Shown here: positions 34,967 through 47,000 of the stretch, one piece after another
How positions within the stretch are numbered: position 1 is the first letter of the stretch
How the letters are laid out: each line of letters opens with the position of its first letter
NCBI GenBank assembly: GCA_002269645.1
Contig: NIVC01002047.1
Span: 1-64,000, forward strand
Origin: Macrostomum lignano
Taxonomy: Eukaryota
DNA length: 64,000 bases
Direction: 5' to 3'
Position numbers and translations under genes: made by a program
The notes under the pieces: generated by a model
What the model saw: the letters and a program-made list of their open reading frames with translations, nothing else
Databases searched by the model: none
Told to the model about the DNA's origin: nothing

Positions 34967-37317
34967 GTATGTGCCCATGCTAGGCCTATCAAGAAATTAT
35001 CTGGATATACAAGAGTATATGGCATTATCTGTTCCTAGGGCTAGACAACCAATTTGGGAACATACTTTATTGGATTTCTCATTATTAGGCCTATCCTATA
35101 TGAAAACTTGGCAATGTCCTAATTTCCCGCGTTAAATTTAATTTGATCCAATTTTTGTTATTTTTAGCATAAATCATGGCTAGACAACCTTGAGCATATA
35201 TACTATAGGCCTAAATAGGCCTATTGTATCTCTAGCCAATTTGTGGCCATTGGCCAACCTCTATGACCTTGAGATCAGTCATTGCAAATACCATTGAAGG
35301 CACCTGGGCCTATGTAAATGCAAAGTTTTGTAGTCATCATGGCACTAGTGACAACCTTTTTGACTCCTACCTTGACCTCAGCAAGTTTCTCTAGTATCAA
35401 CTCAGGCAACTCTACCCAAAAAAGAGCTTTGGCAATTTTCTGTACTGGCTAACATATTTCTATGCCGTGTAATACTCCTTTTAAGACCTAAGACTCATTT
35501 TAAATCTTTATTACTTTAATAAACTTGATTTTGTTTGTTTGTTTCAAATGGGCCTAGGCTTATTGGGTTAAAATAATTTAATGTGGGAAACTAGGACATT
35601 GCCAAAAACTCTTGGGTTGGTCCCTATACTTTGATTGCACTAACTGGGCCTACTATGACATATTTATTGTTTTAAATATAAAAATAATTTAGAGTGGGAA
35701 ACTAAAATATTGCCCCCCCTAGCCTAGCCTAGGCATATAGCTAGGCCTATATTAGTTAGGCCCCTAGCATATGCCATATAATGAGCAATGAATAAGGACT
35801 AAATACAAGCTAAATATAGTCTAGCCAACTGTTGAGAATTTATTCATAGTAGGCCTAATAGAATATAAATTCAAGAGACAATAAAATCCAGGTAGGCCTA
35901 TCCTATTGTCGTATTGAGACAAAATAATTCGGATCGGACCTAGCCACTCCACTCCTAATCCTGCCCTGCCCTGCCTAGCCACAACTAGCCTAGGCCTAGC
36001 CGCCTAGTTCTAAATATTATGGCCTGACAATAAAAAGGTAAATCAGGTTAGTAGTCCATTTTGGCAATAGACCATCTTAGATCTTTGTGACAACCACTTT
36101 CGGCCCTCAGTGCCGAAGTAACGAAGTTGAAAAATAGGCCTGCTATGCCTACTTGTTGGTTTAGAAAATCTCTTTAATTTGTTTCAAATCTCTACAAATG
36201 TAGGCGCCTAATTTGAAAACAATAATTTTAGGATTAGCTTGCATTACTTAAGAAAGCCTGCCTATAATACAACCTTTCTAATTTAAGACTGGACGGTACG
36301 GTCCCGTCGGTCCGACCTAAATGAAGAAAGTTCTAGTTTAAATAGATTTGAATTTAGTTACTAACATAATTAGAAAAACAAAGCTTAAAAGCCACACATT
36401 AAAGCCTTTGCTGAAAAAAATTGTTGCAATTTATATTGCAGGCTATTAAAAAGTTAGGCCTAGTTTTTAACATAATATGAGAGATTACCGTTCTTTGAGT
36501 GCTATCATTAGCAACCATTGTTATAACTTGTATTTGTCATATATTTTCAGTGCGCAAAAATAGATATTATCACACACCATACCTAACGTCAGACCATCAC
36601 CATTTTTAGTATAACGATGCTTTTTTGGATATCACAGCTCATTAAAAACAGCATATGATTTTACCAAACGTAAGCGACCAAAAATGCATATGATTAGCTC
36701 TAGCTAATGGCATGATGTACATGTAGCACTCCAGCAGGACATGCATGTAACCCGATCAGGAGTTAGTTGTTATTCGTTCCTAAACTTCGTTTCAAACTCA
36801 GCTTACAACTATAGGATGAATAAATTATAAAACGCGTGCGTGGAAGTTTTATTTTCACAAAGTTCGATTTTTTTCTTCGTTTAATTCATTTTTTGTTTTG
36901 TTCTCGCGGTTCAAAGATTTATATACGTAGTTTATTCGATAATTTTCATTCAATACTAGTAGTTTATTACATGGATGAAATACATATGTGACATGTACAG
37001 GTCGTTCGATCGTGTTGCTGTTTTATACAAATAAAATTTAATAGAGACATGTGCATGTGGAAAGTACACACTGATCGATAAGTCCAAGCCGCTTTGTCTG
37101 TGGGATAAACTCTTAGAATTATCAGTAGTTTCCTCGCGTATTCAGTTATAGTTTGTGGCCTTAACGGTTCGTAGATTTGTACTCATAAACTGAGTAAGCA
37201 GTGTTGTAGGTGCATGATTCGCTCGGGCGATAAATTAAAAAGAAGAAGCTTGATTGCGCTAAGCAGCAGCAGCACCAGAAAAAGATTTTTTGCGCCCTTA
37301 TCACTAATCGGTTAGTT

Positions 37318-38295
37318 ATGCCGCTCATGGAGCCCAGAGATGAAACTGCACATTCCGCTGTTGCTGGATCTCTAGGCGCCGCTAGCAGACAGCAGGCTCA
37401 GTTGCAACAGTCTCAGAATCCACCAGCAGCGCAGCCGCTGATGCCACCTCCTTCACTGCCACTGTCGCAGCAGCAGCAGCAACAACAAAGATCGTCGTTA
37501 ACTGCAGGGACGCCTGCGCAAGGCGAAGTCGTTTACTGCTGTACGACAACTCAGCACCATCAACAGCAGCAGGTAACTGGCCTGCCGCCTGACTGTCAGC
37601 AAGCTCAGCTAAAGTACAGCACGGTACTGTTGAAAGCCCCGACGGCGCCGCCTCCGGCTAGTGCGCTGACGTGCAGCACAGTCGGTCCGATTGTGATGGT
37701 GGCGCAGCACCCTAACCAGCAGGCGGCGTTTCATCCATTATCCCGCTCAGTATTCAGCCATCAGTTTAGTCAGCCAATCATGGCTTCGGCAGTAGCCGCG
37801 CAGCAGCAGCAGCAACAGCAGCAGCAACAGCAGCAACAACAGCAGCAGCAGCAGCACTACATTTTGCCTGTCAGGCAACAGCCGTTAATCTGCTCCCAGC
37901 CGATGGCGAATCCAATCTATTACATACCATGCGTTGCTAATCCGCTGACTCAGGCGGTGCAGCCTTCGGTAATCTCGCTGCCAGCAGTTAATCAGCTTCA
38001 GTTGTGTTCTTCTGAGTCGGCGCTTGACTTGCGCAGGATTGATTATCAACAGCAGCAGCAGCAGCAGCTGTATCAGTTACATCAGTTGCAGCATCAGCAG
38101 CAACAGCAGCAGCAGATAGCAGCAATGCAAAAGTCACAGACAGCAGCAGGGTCTGCTGTGGCGGCTGCGGCTGTGGCAACAGCGGCGGCGGCAGTGCGAC
38201 AATCGCCGCGATTGTTGCACATCTCAGCGCCGGTAACTAGCAAGGAACATCAGACTCATCATCACATGCCTCTGCAGCCTCTGCAACTGCAGCAT

Positions 38296-38328
<33 letters not shown>

Positions 38329-39615
38329 AAGCAACAGCAACAGCTGGCCCAGCCAAATCACAAAGTCAGACGTCTAGGATCGCCGCTAAAATTCGACAAC
38401 GTTCAAAATCATCAGCCTCAAAGTATTCATCTGCAAAGCCTGCAACAGCAGGCGCAGCAGCAGCAAAAGCAGCAACACCAACATCAGGTGCATCAGTTAC
38501 TTCCGCAGCTGAATCCCGTCGCAGTTTTGAATCAGCAGCAGTCGCAGCAGCAGCAGCAGCACCAGTCGCCGAGAAGCGACATTCCATGGTCAACCTGTTC
38601 TCTGCCAACGATCAGTCTCAGCAGTAGCAGCAGCGCAATGAAAGCCAAGCAAATCAACGATTCTAGCGACGCATTTGATGCCAAACAGGCTGCTGCTGCT
38701 GATAAGTTTTCCGATGCGTGCACGCAGACGCAGCTGCAGAGGTCGCAAAAGCAACAACAACAACAGCAACAGTCGCAGCAGCCGCCGCAGCATCAGCAGA
38801 AACAGCAACAGTCTCAGCAGTCGCAATCTGCTCAAAAGCAGCAAGAGTCTCAGCAGCAGCTCCAGCTATCTGACAGTCAGCAGCAAGCCATTCCGCCGCG
38901 ACAGCAGCAGCGCAGGCTGTGCAGCTGGGAAGAGACCACTCGACGATTCTACGACCGACTCTGGTTGCGCATGAAGTCGCGCGACTCGTGCGAAATTCTG
39001 GCCAGGCGGTGCCACAAGTTGCACTCAAGTTCAGCGGATCAGCAGAAGCGAGGCAAAAGAAGCAGTAGTCAACAGCAACATCAGCAGCAGCAGCAGCAGC
39101 AGCAGAAGCAACCGGTGCAGCAAGCGTCGCAACAGCCGGAGCAGCAGCACTGCTTTCACATACCAATCAACTCGAAGTTCTTTGAGAAGGCTTTAACTAT
39201 ACCCCTGCCACCGCGAGAGGCCGTCTACTTGCGCGTTCCTGGCGACTGGCCCGAGCAACAGGTGCACTGCGCTGCCGCTGCCGCCGCCGCCGCCGCCGCT
39301 GCCGCTGTTGCTGCCGCGGCTGCCACGGCGAGTTGAGCAGCAAGCCTAAAGAGACAGAGAGAAAACATTTCAGTGCTGGGTGAGTGCGCACATTTACACA
39401 TGACTATCAAATGATTTTGACAACGAAAAGTTGTATAAGTTTCATAAGTTCGAATTTATTTTTTAGTCTGGCTAATAACCGTGCCAAGAGACGCGGATCA
39501 AATTTCCTTAGACGAAAAGCTATCGAAACAGATTAGCAAAGCAGCAATTCGATGGCTCTTGATTTCTCCCCTGATTGAAGACTTAGATTCCAGTCACATC
39601 TGTGCTACAGATTAG
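37318..39615 (+). CDS. Glutamine-rich low-complexity protein of unknown family. Main exon from 37318, probable terminal exon 39467-39615
   Basis: 672-aa ORF with polyQ/polyA tracts and unique segments. An in-frame donor at 39380, acceptor at 39465-66, open 49-codon exon and AATAAA at 39621 suggest it extends past the TGA at 39334 (see findings). Confidence 0.7.
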
Positions 39616-41585
39616 GGTGCAATAAAAGTGTTAGCAAATGAAAACATTTTTTTTGTCGCGCAAACCAATTTTTTCTAAACGGATCTTTTTCTCAAATCAA
39701 ATTGACCAAGTTTTATACGTTTTTAAGCCGCTAGAGACATGGTGCAGTGTATATACGAGTATATACCTATGTCTACATTCATGTACCAGCTATCATCTTA
39801 TACTTGCAGCGTATTGTATGCACACAGATGTACCTGTTTCAAGTCGCAGTGGAACTGGCGCAGTTCCTTATATGCCTCTGAGCTTGCCTCAATTGCCTCA
39901 AATGCTCAAATTGCAATTATTGTGTGCAAGACAATCCCTGTAAAATCTCAGAGCAAGGTGCTACACAGTGTCCCAATCTATGTAATATTACCAATTGCTG
40001 CAAGCTGCTACTATTCTGTGGTGGACACCTTTAGTTTTGCTTGACCCATAACTCCTTCCAGATTTTCGTTTTGCGCTGCCACGAAGTCCCGCGTTTTTCT
40101 CTCTTTATTAGAGCACGTAGGGATTTCCGTCTTTTTTATATCATCGAATCGCGACGTGAATGATACTACTTCTAATGCTATATCTCTGGACAATTTTTTC
40201 CTAGCATTCTTGTAAGCCAAATTGGTGCGCCAAGTGCGTCATGTGTGTTTTTTTCATTTTGATTTCGCCTCAGTTTAGCTCGCAATTTTTGCGCTTTAAT
40301 TTCAAGTCTTTTTTGAGCCACTTTTTGAGCTGCAAATCTGTATATTATTAGGAGAAGTTCAATCAATTTCGATGTGTAACATATTTGCACGGATTTATTC
40401 TTTGATAAACCTATTTCGCAGGCAAGCCCGTTTAATGCATTGTGCAGGCGTAATGAGCCCTGCAAATCGATTTGGATGAGGTAATTCTTAGCAGCCGTAA
40501 GGTTACGAACCTCCCATATTGTCCTCGCAGCTGTGCATATTTTCTCATCATATAACTCTCGCCGCGTAAGAAGTTCAGCTTTCCTCCCGAGGAGACTTTT
40601 TGTCGATAATAATTTTTTTTCAGTCTGCGCTTCTTCCGTGTATTATTGTTCTCTAATATTGTCCCGGCATTTCTGTTCTTGATAAGCCCGGTCAGCCCCC
40701 TCCACACGCGCATGGTCCCTAAAAGCTGCGATGTTTAGACAGGTCTCAAAGGATATGGCCTCCTGCTCAGTTGGGCAGCCTATCTGGGCCTTGGCCTGAG
40801 CAGCCCAGTCAAGGATATTGTCTGCCTTGGCATAGGCAGGAGAAGTGTGCTCAAGACCTTGATGCTGTATAATGAAACAGACCTTTGAATGAACGAGTCC
40901 CATTTTGAGTTCACGGCAGCTTGATGCTTAAAATTTACCATTTTAAACGGCGACGAGGCGCATCGAAATAGAGAAAAACGGCCCCCGGATGGCTTTGCTT
41001 TTCGTACTTTTTACTTATTTTCTAACTGTGCCTGCGTGCGCGCAATGCTTTCTAAAGTTAACACTACATTCTACAATCAATTAGGGGGTTAATTTGAGTT
41101 CATTTTAGCAGCTAGAATATTTATTACAATGTAAATTTTCTATTGCTCAAGGACTAGCTACTCAAGTAGAAGAACGGTCAAAACTCTATAAACTGCCCCC
41201 CAAAAAAATTCTGAAGTTTATTTATATAAAATAGAAAATTAGTCTATGGTATTGGTCGGGGGCTTCACCCCACGCCTCGAGGTGTCACTTTGAAGCGAGA
41301 CAGAAATGTCTATGGTACGATCGTTGATAATTATTGGTACAATTATTGGTACAAAAGAAGCGTCATCTCAAGCATAAAGGAAGCGTCATCTCGAACATAA
41401 AACATTCATTGGGGAATTGATAAGATAAATGGGAAATTTCTGGAATGTCAAGGCTCGGGGGGAATTGCTATAATGCTGTGACGCATGGGGAGAATCACTG
41501 AGACGTCAAGGCTGAGAAGTGAGAAGGGAAATTCAATTTTCAGCTATATGGTTTGCACTTTGCACACTTTCTCAAGTCGTACGTA

Positions 41586-41958
41586 TTTTTTTATTTTTTT
41601 ATTAGAGGCAGGGGGCTGTGTGCACCCTGGCGCACTTTAAGCGACATTGTCACACAACCGGCGAGAGGCATTACTGCCCATTCCGCCGACTCCCCTGAGC
41701 AGGCATACAAGCGCGCGGATACGTACGCAGGCACACACTCACACAGAAGTGTACAGCGGCCCTAACTTTATATTATCGTTAGGCATGTACACTTCACTGC
41801 GCCTTGGGGGGTTGGCTCTCAAGGCCGTTAATTGCACGAGCAGAGCCAAGCCGAGATTCCAATTCAGCCCCAAATTAATGTGACTGCACTTGGAATCGAG
41901 CCTGGGTCGCTGGCACACCAGAGCAGCTGCGCTACCGCTGGACTACGCCCCCCCCCCC
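41586..41958 (-). mobile_element. tRNA-derived SINE, copy 2
   Basis: Reverse complement of copy 1, with an A-rich tail on the minus strand and TSD AAGTCGTAC on both flanks. Confidence 0.9.
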
Positions 41959-43084
41959 AAGTCGTACCTAAGCTGCGATTTAAACAAAAAATTGTTCATC
42001 ATTAGTTTTTCGCACTATAACTAACTAATTTCCATGGGCTTAAGTTTTAGGAAATTGGCGTCAAAATCAATATTTTTCTAGGACAGAAGATTCAATGGAT
42101 CTATTGGTATAGTTGACTCTACATAGCATAGTATAAAGTACAGTATGGTCAAAACACGATCAAGGCCGCTGTAAAGTGTGTTGGCAAGTTCAATTATAAA
42201 ATCGATAGACTGACTTAAGTTAGGGAAGACTGATTTTTTTCGAGAGTCTCTACTTCGCTGGTTTTAACTATGGATAGTGCACTATATATATGTGTGTGTG
42301 TATATAGATAGCAAATTTATAACGGGATTGTAGAAAAGATTGTCTGATCTTCATCCAACACAGGGGGGGGGGATGGTAGTTGCACCAGCCGTTCACCCGC
42401 GTGCCCATCTGTCTTACTTTAGAGGAATTATTGGATAAAGCGAGGGTGAGGGCTGTTGTGGCCGCATCAGTTTCAGCGGCTATATCTGGCTAAGCCAAGA
42501 GGGGAGTGAACAATATAAAGGTATTAGATACTCCTGACGGCGAGTGCGTGCGCCCCGCAGTTTTGTATTGGAATATGATATAATGTTACAATAAGTTGGT
42601 ATTTATAGTTTGCCTTTGTGTATTGTGCTGTATGCAAAGGAATTATATTGCAAGTCAAGGCTGGACATAAATAGCCTAAATAGATTTAAATATGACCTAA
42701 ATATGACCAAAATAAGTTGCTTCAAAATAGTTTGGCTCATAAATAGCTTGGATCTTAAATAGTTTAGGTCAATGAATAGTTTAGGTCAATGAATAGTTTG
42801 GCTCATAAATAGTCTGGGTCATAGATATAGATATAGTCATAGAGGCTTACGAGTAGGTCTCATTGTGCAGATTGAGACAAAGATAATTTCGGTGATACTA
42901 TTGGGATATTAGGATAGTTTTATAGTCTATTGATTAGGGGCAGAGATTGCTGAATGTTAAGATTTAATTTTGGTCATACGAGCGTAGTCAATTTACACCA
43001 CGAAAGTAAAATACCATCTACAGATTTTGGGCCATAGATGACTTGGATCATAGACGCTTTAGTTCGTGAACCGTTTAGGCCTTA

Positions 43085-43347
43085 GACTTCATAGACTGTT
43101 CAGGTCATAGCCTGTTCAGGTCATAGCCTGTTCAGGTCATAGACTGTTCAGGTCATAGACTGTTCAGGTCATAGCCTGTTCAGGTCATAGCCTGTTCAGG
43201 TCATAGCCTGTTCAGGTCATAGACTGTTCAGGTCATAGACTGTTTAGGTCATAGACTGTTTAGTTCATAGACTGTTCAGGTCATAGCCTGTTTAGGTCAT
43301 AGACTGTTTAGGTCAAACTGTTTAGGTCAAACTGTTTAGGTCATAGA
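43085..43347. repeat. 16-bp minisatellite (ACTGTTCAGGTCATAG)n
   Basis: About 16 tandem copies. Confidence 0.92.
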
Positions 43348-44024
43348 CAGAGTTTAGTAAAGAGAAGACAGAGTAATGGTTGATAGACAGTTTCAAGGTC
43401 AAAGAAAAGTGTGACCATAGACACTGTTATTCATTCGGTTTGCATCATTGAGTATCAGATTAGCTCAAAGACATTGATCAGCAAACAATGGTCCGTAACA
43501 AATACCTCATAATGAGGTTTTATAGCTTGATTCCGATAAGGTAATTTATTGAGTAATAAAACATTTCTCATCGTTCTCTTTTGTAAAGCCAAAACTAACA
43601 TCATACGCTCGTACAATCTGTGTTATAAAATTCTAACCATGCTCTCAATGCTCTGCAATAATCCCATTAAGGAAATCCTCCATCCTTCACATCGGCCATA
43701 GTTGGGGATTTTTAAAGGCAGAGGTGAGTCAGGAAATGAAGGTACGAGCGTAGGACCATATGGGGGATTTCAGAGGATATACTTTGATTGTCCGTAACTC
43801 TGCATCGCTTGGACTATTCATTTAGTTTATTAACTCGCATTTACTCGGGGCAAATACTGATATGCATATCTATTGCTACTATAATTGATGAGCTAAGCGA
43901 GGTCTATCAGTAGGGTTTGACTGAGGTATTTAATCAAATATCGACCGCTTACTGTCTGAATGGGGACATCATTGGTCACAATCAATCCTAACATAACCTG
44001 GGGGGAGTTTAGAGGCAAAATCCC

Positions 44025-47000
44025 AATTGTGTCACTCTCTGTTTTCTAGCTTCTACTTGTGTCACTCTCTGTTTTCACTCTCAATTGTTTCACTCTCTGT
44101 TTTCTAGCTTCTACTTGTGTCACTCTCTGTTTTCACTCTCAATTGTTTCACTCTCTGTTTTCAGCTTTCAATTGTTTCACTCTCTGTTTTCAGCTTTCAA
44201 TTGTGTCACTCTCTGTTTTCAGCTTCTACGTGTGTCACTCTCTGTTTTCTAGCTTCTACTTGTGTCACTCTCTGTTTTCAGCTTCTACTTGTGTCACTCT
44301 CTGTTTTCTAGCTTCTACTTGTGTCACTCTCTGTTTTCAGCTTCTACTTGTGTCACTCTCTGTTTTCAGCTTCTACTTGTGTCACTCTCTGTTTTCAGCT
44401 TTCAATTGTGTCACTCTCTGTTTTCAAGCTTCCAATTGTGTCACTCTCTGTTTTCAGCTTCTACTTGTGTCACTCTCTGTTTTCAGCTTTCAATTGTGTC
44501 ACTCTCTGTTTTCAGCTTTCAATTGTGTCACTCTCTGTTTTCAGCTTTCAATTGTGTCACTCTCTGTTTTCAAGCTTCAAATTGTGTCACTCTCTGTTTT
44601 CAGCTTCCAATTGTGTCACTCTCTGTTTCAAGCTTTCAATTGTGTCACTCTGTTTTCAGCTTCCAATTGTGTCACTCTCTGTTTTCAAGCTTCCAATTGT
44701 GTCACTCTCTGTTTTCACTCTCAATTGTGTCACTCTCCGTTTTCACTCTCAATTGTGTCACTCTCTGTTTTCACTCTCAATTGTGTCACTCTCTGTTTTC
44801 ACTCTCAATTGTGTCACTCTCTGTTTTCAGCTTTCAATTGTGTCACTCTCTGTTTTCACTCTCAATTGTGTCACTCTCTGTTTTCAGCTTTCAATTGTGC
44901 CACTCTCTGTTTTCAGCTTCTAATTGTGTCACTCTCTGTTTTCAGCTTCCAATTGTGTCACTCTCTGTTTTCAGCTTTCAATTGTGTCACTCTCTGTTTT
45001 CAGCTTCCAATTGTGTCCCTCTCTGTTTTCAGCTTTCAATTGTGTCACTCTCTGTTTTCAAGCTTCCAATTGTGTCACTCTCTGTTTTCAGCTTCCAATT
45101 GTGTCACTCTCTGTTTTCAAGCTTCCAATTGTGTCACTCTCTGTTTTCAGCTTCCAATTGTGTCACTCTCTGTTTTCAGCTTTCAATTGTGTCACTCTCT
45201 GTTTTCAAGCTTCCAATTGTGTCACTCTCTGTTTTCAGCTTCTAATTGTGTCACTCTCTGTTTTCAAGCTTCTAATTGTGTCACTCTCTGTTTTCAAGCT
45301 TCCAATTGTGTCACTCTCTGTTTTCAAGCTTCCAATTGTGTCACTCTCTGTTTTCAAGCTTCCAATTGTGTCACTCTCTGTTTTCAGCTTCCAATTGTGT
45401 CACTCTCTGTTTTCAAGCTTCCAATTGTGTCACTCTCTGTTTTCAAGCTTATAATTGTGTCACTCTATGTTTTCAGCTTTCAATTGTGTCACTCTATGTT
45501 TTCAGCTTTCAATTGTGTCACTCTCCGTTTTCACTCTCAATTGTGTCACTCTCTGTTTTCAGCTTTCAATTGTGTCACTCTCTGTTTTCAGCTTTCAATT
45601 GTGTCACTCTCTGTTTTCAGCTTTCAATTGTGTCACTCTATGTTTTCAGCTTCCAATTGTGTCACTCTCTGTTTTCAGCTCTCAATTGTGTCACTCTCTG
45701 TTTTCAGCTTTCAATTGTGTCACTCTCTGTTTTCAGCTTTCAATTGTGTCACTCTCTGTTTTCAGCTTTCAATTGTGTCACTCTATGTTTTCAGCTTCCA
45801 ATTGTGTCACTCTCTGTTTTCAGCTTTCAATTGTGTCACTCTCTGTTTTCAGCTTTCAATTGTGTCACTCTCTGTTTTCAGCTTTCAATTGTGTCACTCT
45901 CTGTTTTCAGCTTCTACTTGTGTCACTCTCTGTTTTCAGCTTCTACTTGTGTCACTCTCTGTTTTCAGCTTTCAATTGTGTCACTCTCAGTTTTCAGCTT
46001 TCAATTGTGTCACTCTCTGTTTTCAGCTTTCAATTGTGTCACTCTCTGTTTTCAGCTTTCAATTGTGTCACTCTCTGTTTTCAGCTTTCAATTGTGTCAC
46101 TCTCAGTTTTCAGCTTTCAATTGTGTCACTCTCTGTTTTCAGCTTTCAATTGTGTCACTCTCTGTTTTCAGCTTTCAATTGTGTCACTCTCTGTTTTCAG
46201 CTTTCAATTGTGTCACTCTCTGTTTTCAGCTTTCAATTGTGTCACTCTCTGTTTTCAGCTTTCAATTGTGTCACTCTCTGTTTTCAGCTTTCAATTGTGT
46301 CACTCTCTGTTTTCAGCTTTCAATTGTGTCACTCTCAGTTTTCAGCTTTCAATTGTGTCACTCTCTGTTTTCAGCTTTCAATTGTGTCACTCTCTGTTTT
46401 CAGCTTTCAATTGTGTCACTCTCTGTTTTCAGCTTCAATTGTGTCACTCTCTGTTTTCAGCTTTCAATTGTGTCACTCTCTGTTTTCAGCTTTCAATTGT
46501 GTCACTCTCTGTTTTCAGCTTTCAATTGTGTCACTCTCTGTTTTCAGCTTTCAATTGTGTCACTCTCTGTTTTCAGCTTTCAATTGTGTCACTCTCTGTT
46601 TTCAGCTTTCAAGTTTCCAACTGTGTCCCTCTCTGTTTTCAGCTTTCAATTGTGTCACTCTCTGTTTTCTAGCATCCAGTTGTGTCACTCTCTGTTTTCA
46701 GCTTTCAATTGTGTCACTCTCTGTTCACAGCTCGCAATTGTGTCACTCTCTGTTTTCAGCTTTAAATTGTGTCACTCTCTGTTTTCAGCTTTCAATTGTG
46801 TCACTCTCTGTTTTCAGCTTTCAATTGTGTCACTCTCTGTTTTCAGCTTTCAATTGTGTCACTCTCTGTTTTAAAGTTTCCAACTGTGTCCCTCTCTGTT
46901 TTCAGCTTTCAATTGTGTCACTCTCTGTTTTCTAGCATCCAGTTGTGTCACTCTCTGTTTTCAGCTTTCAATTGTGTCACTCTCTGTTCACAGCTCGCAA

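Noticed and set aside
39334-39336. Selenocysteine reading of the TGA
   Set aside because: No SECIS-like structure was seen before the nearby polyA signal, and there is no redox motif.
40011-40903. Chain of four short minus-strand ORFs
   Set aside because: They could be a decayed gene or transposon, but I recognise no motif or consistent splice pattern.
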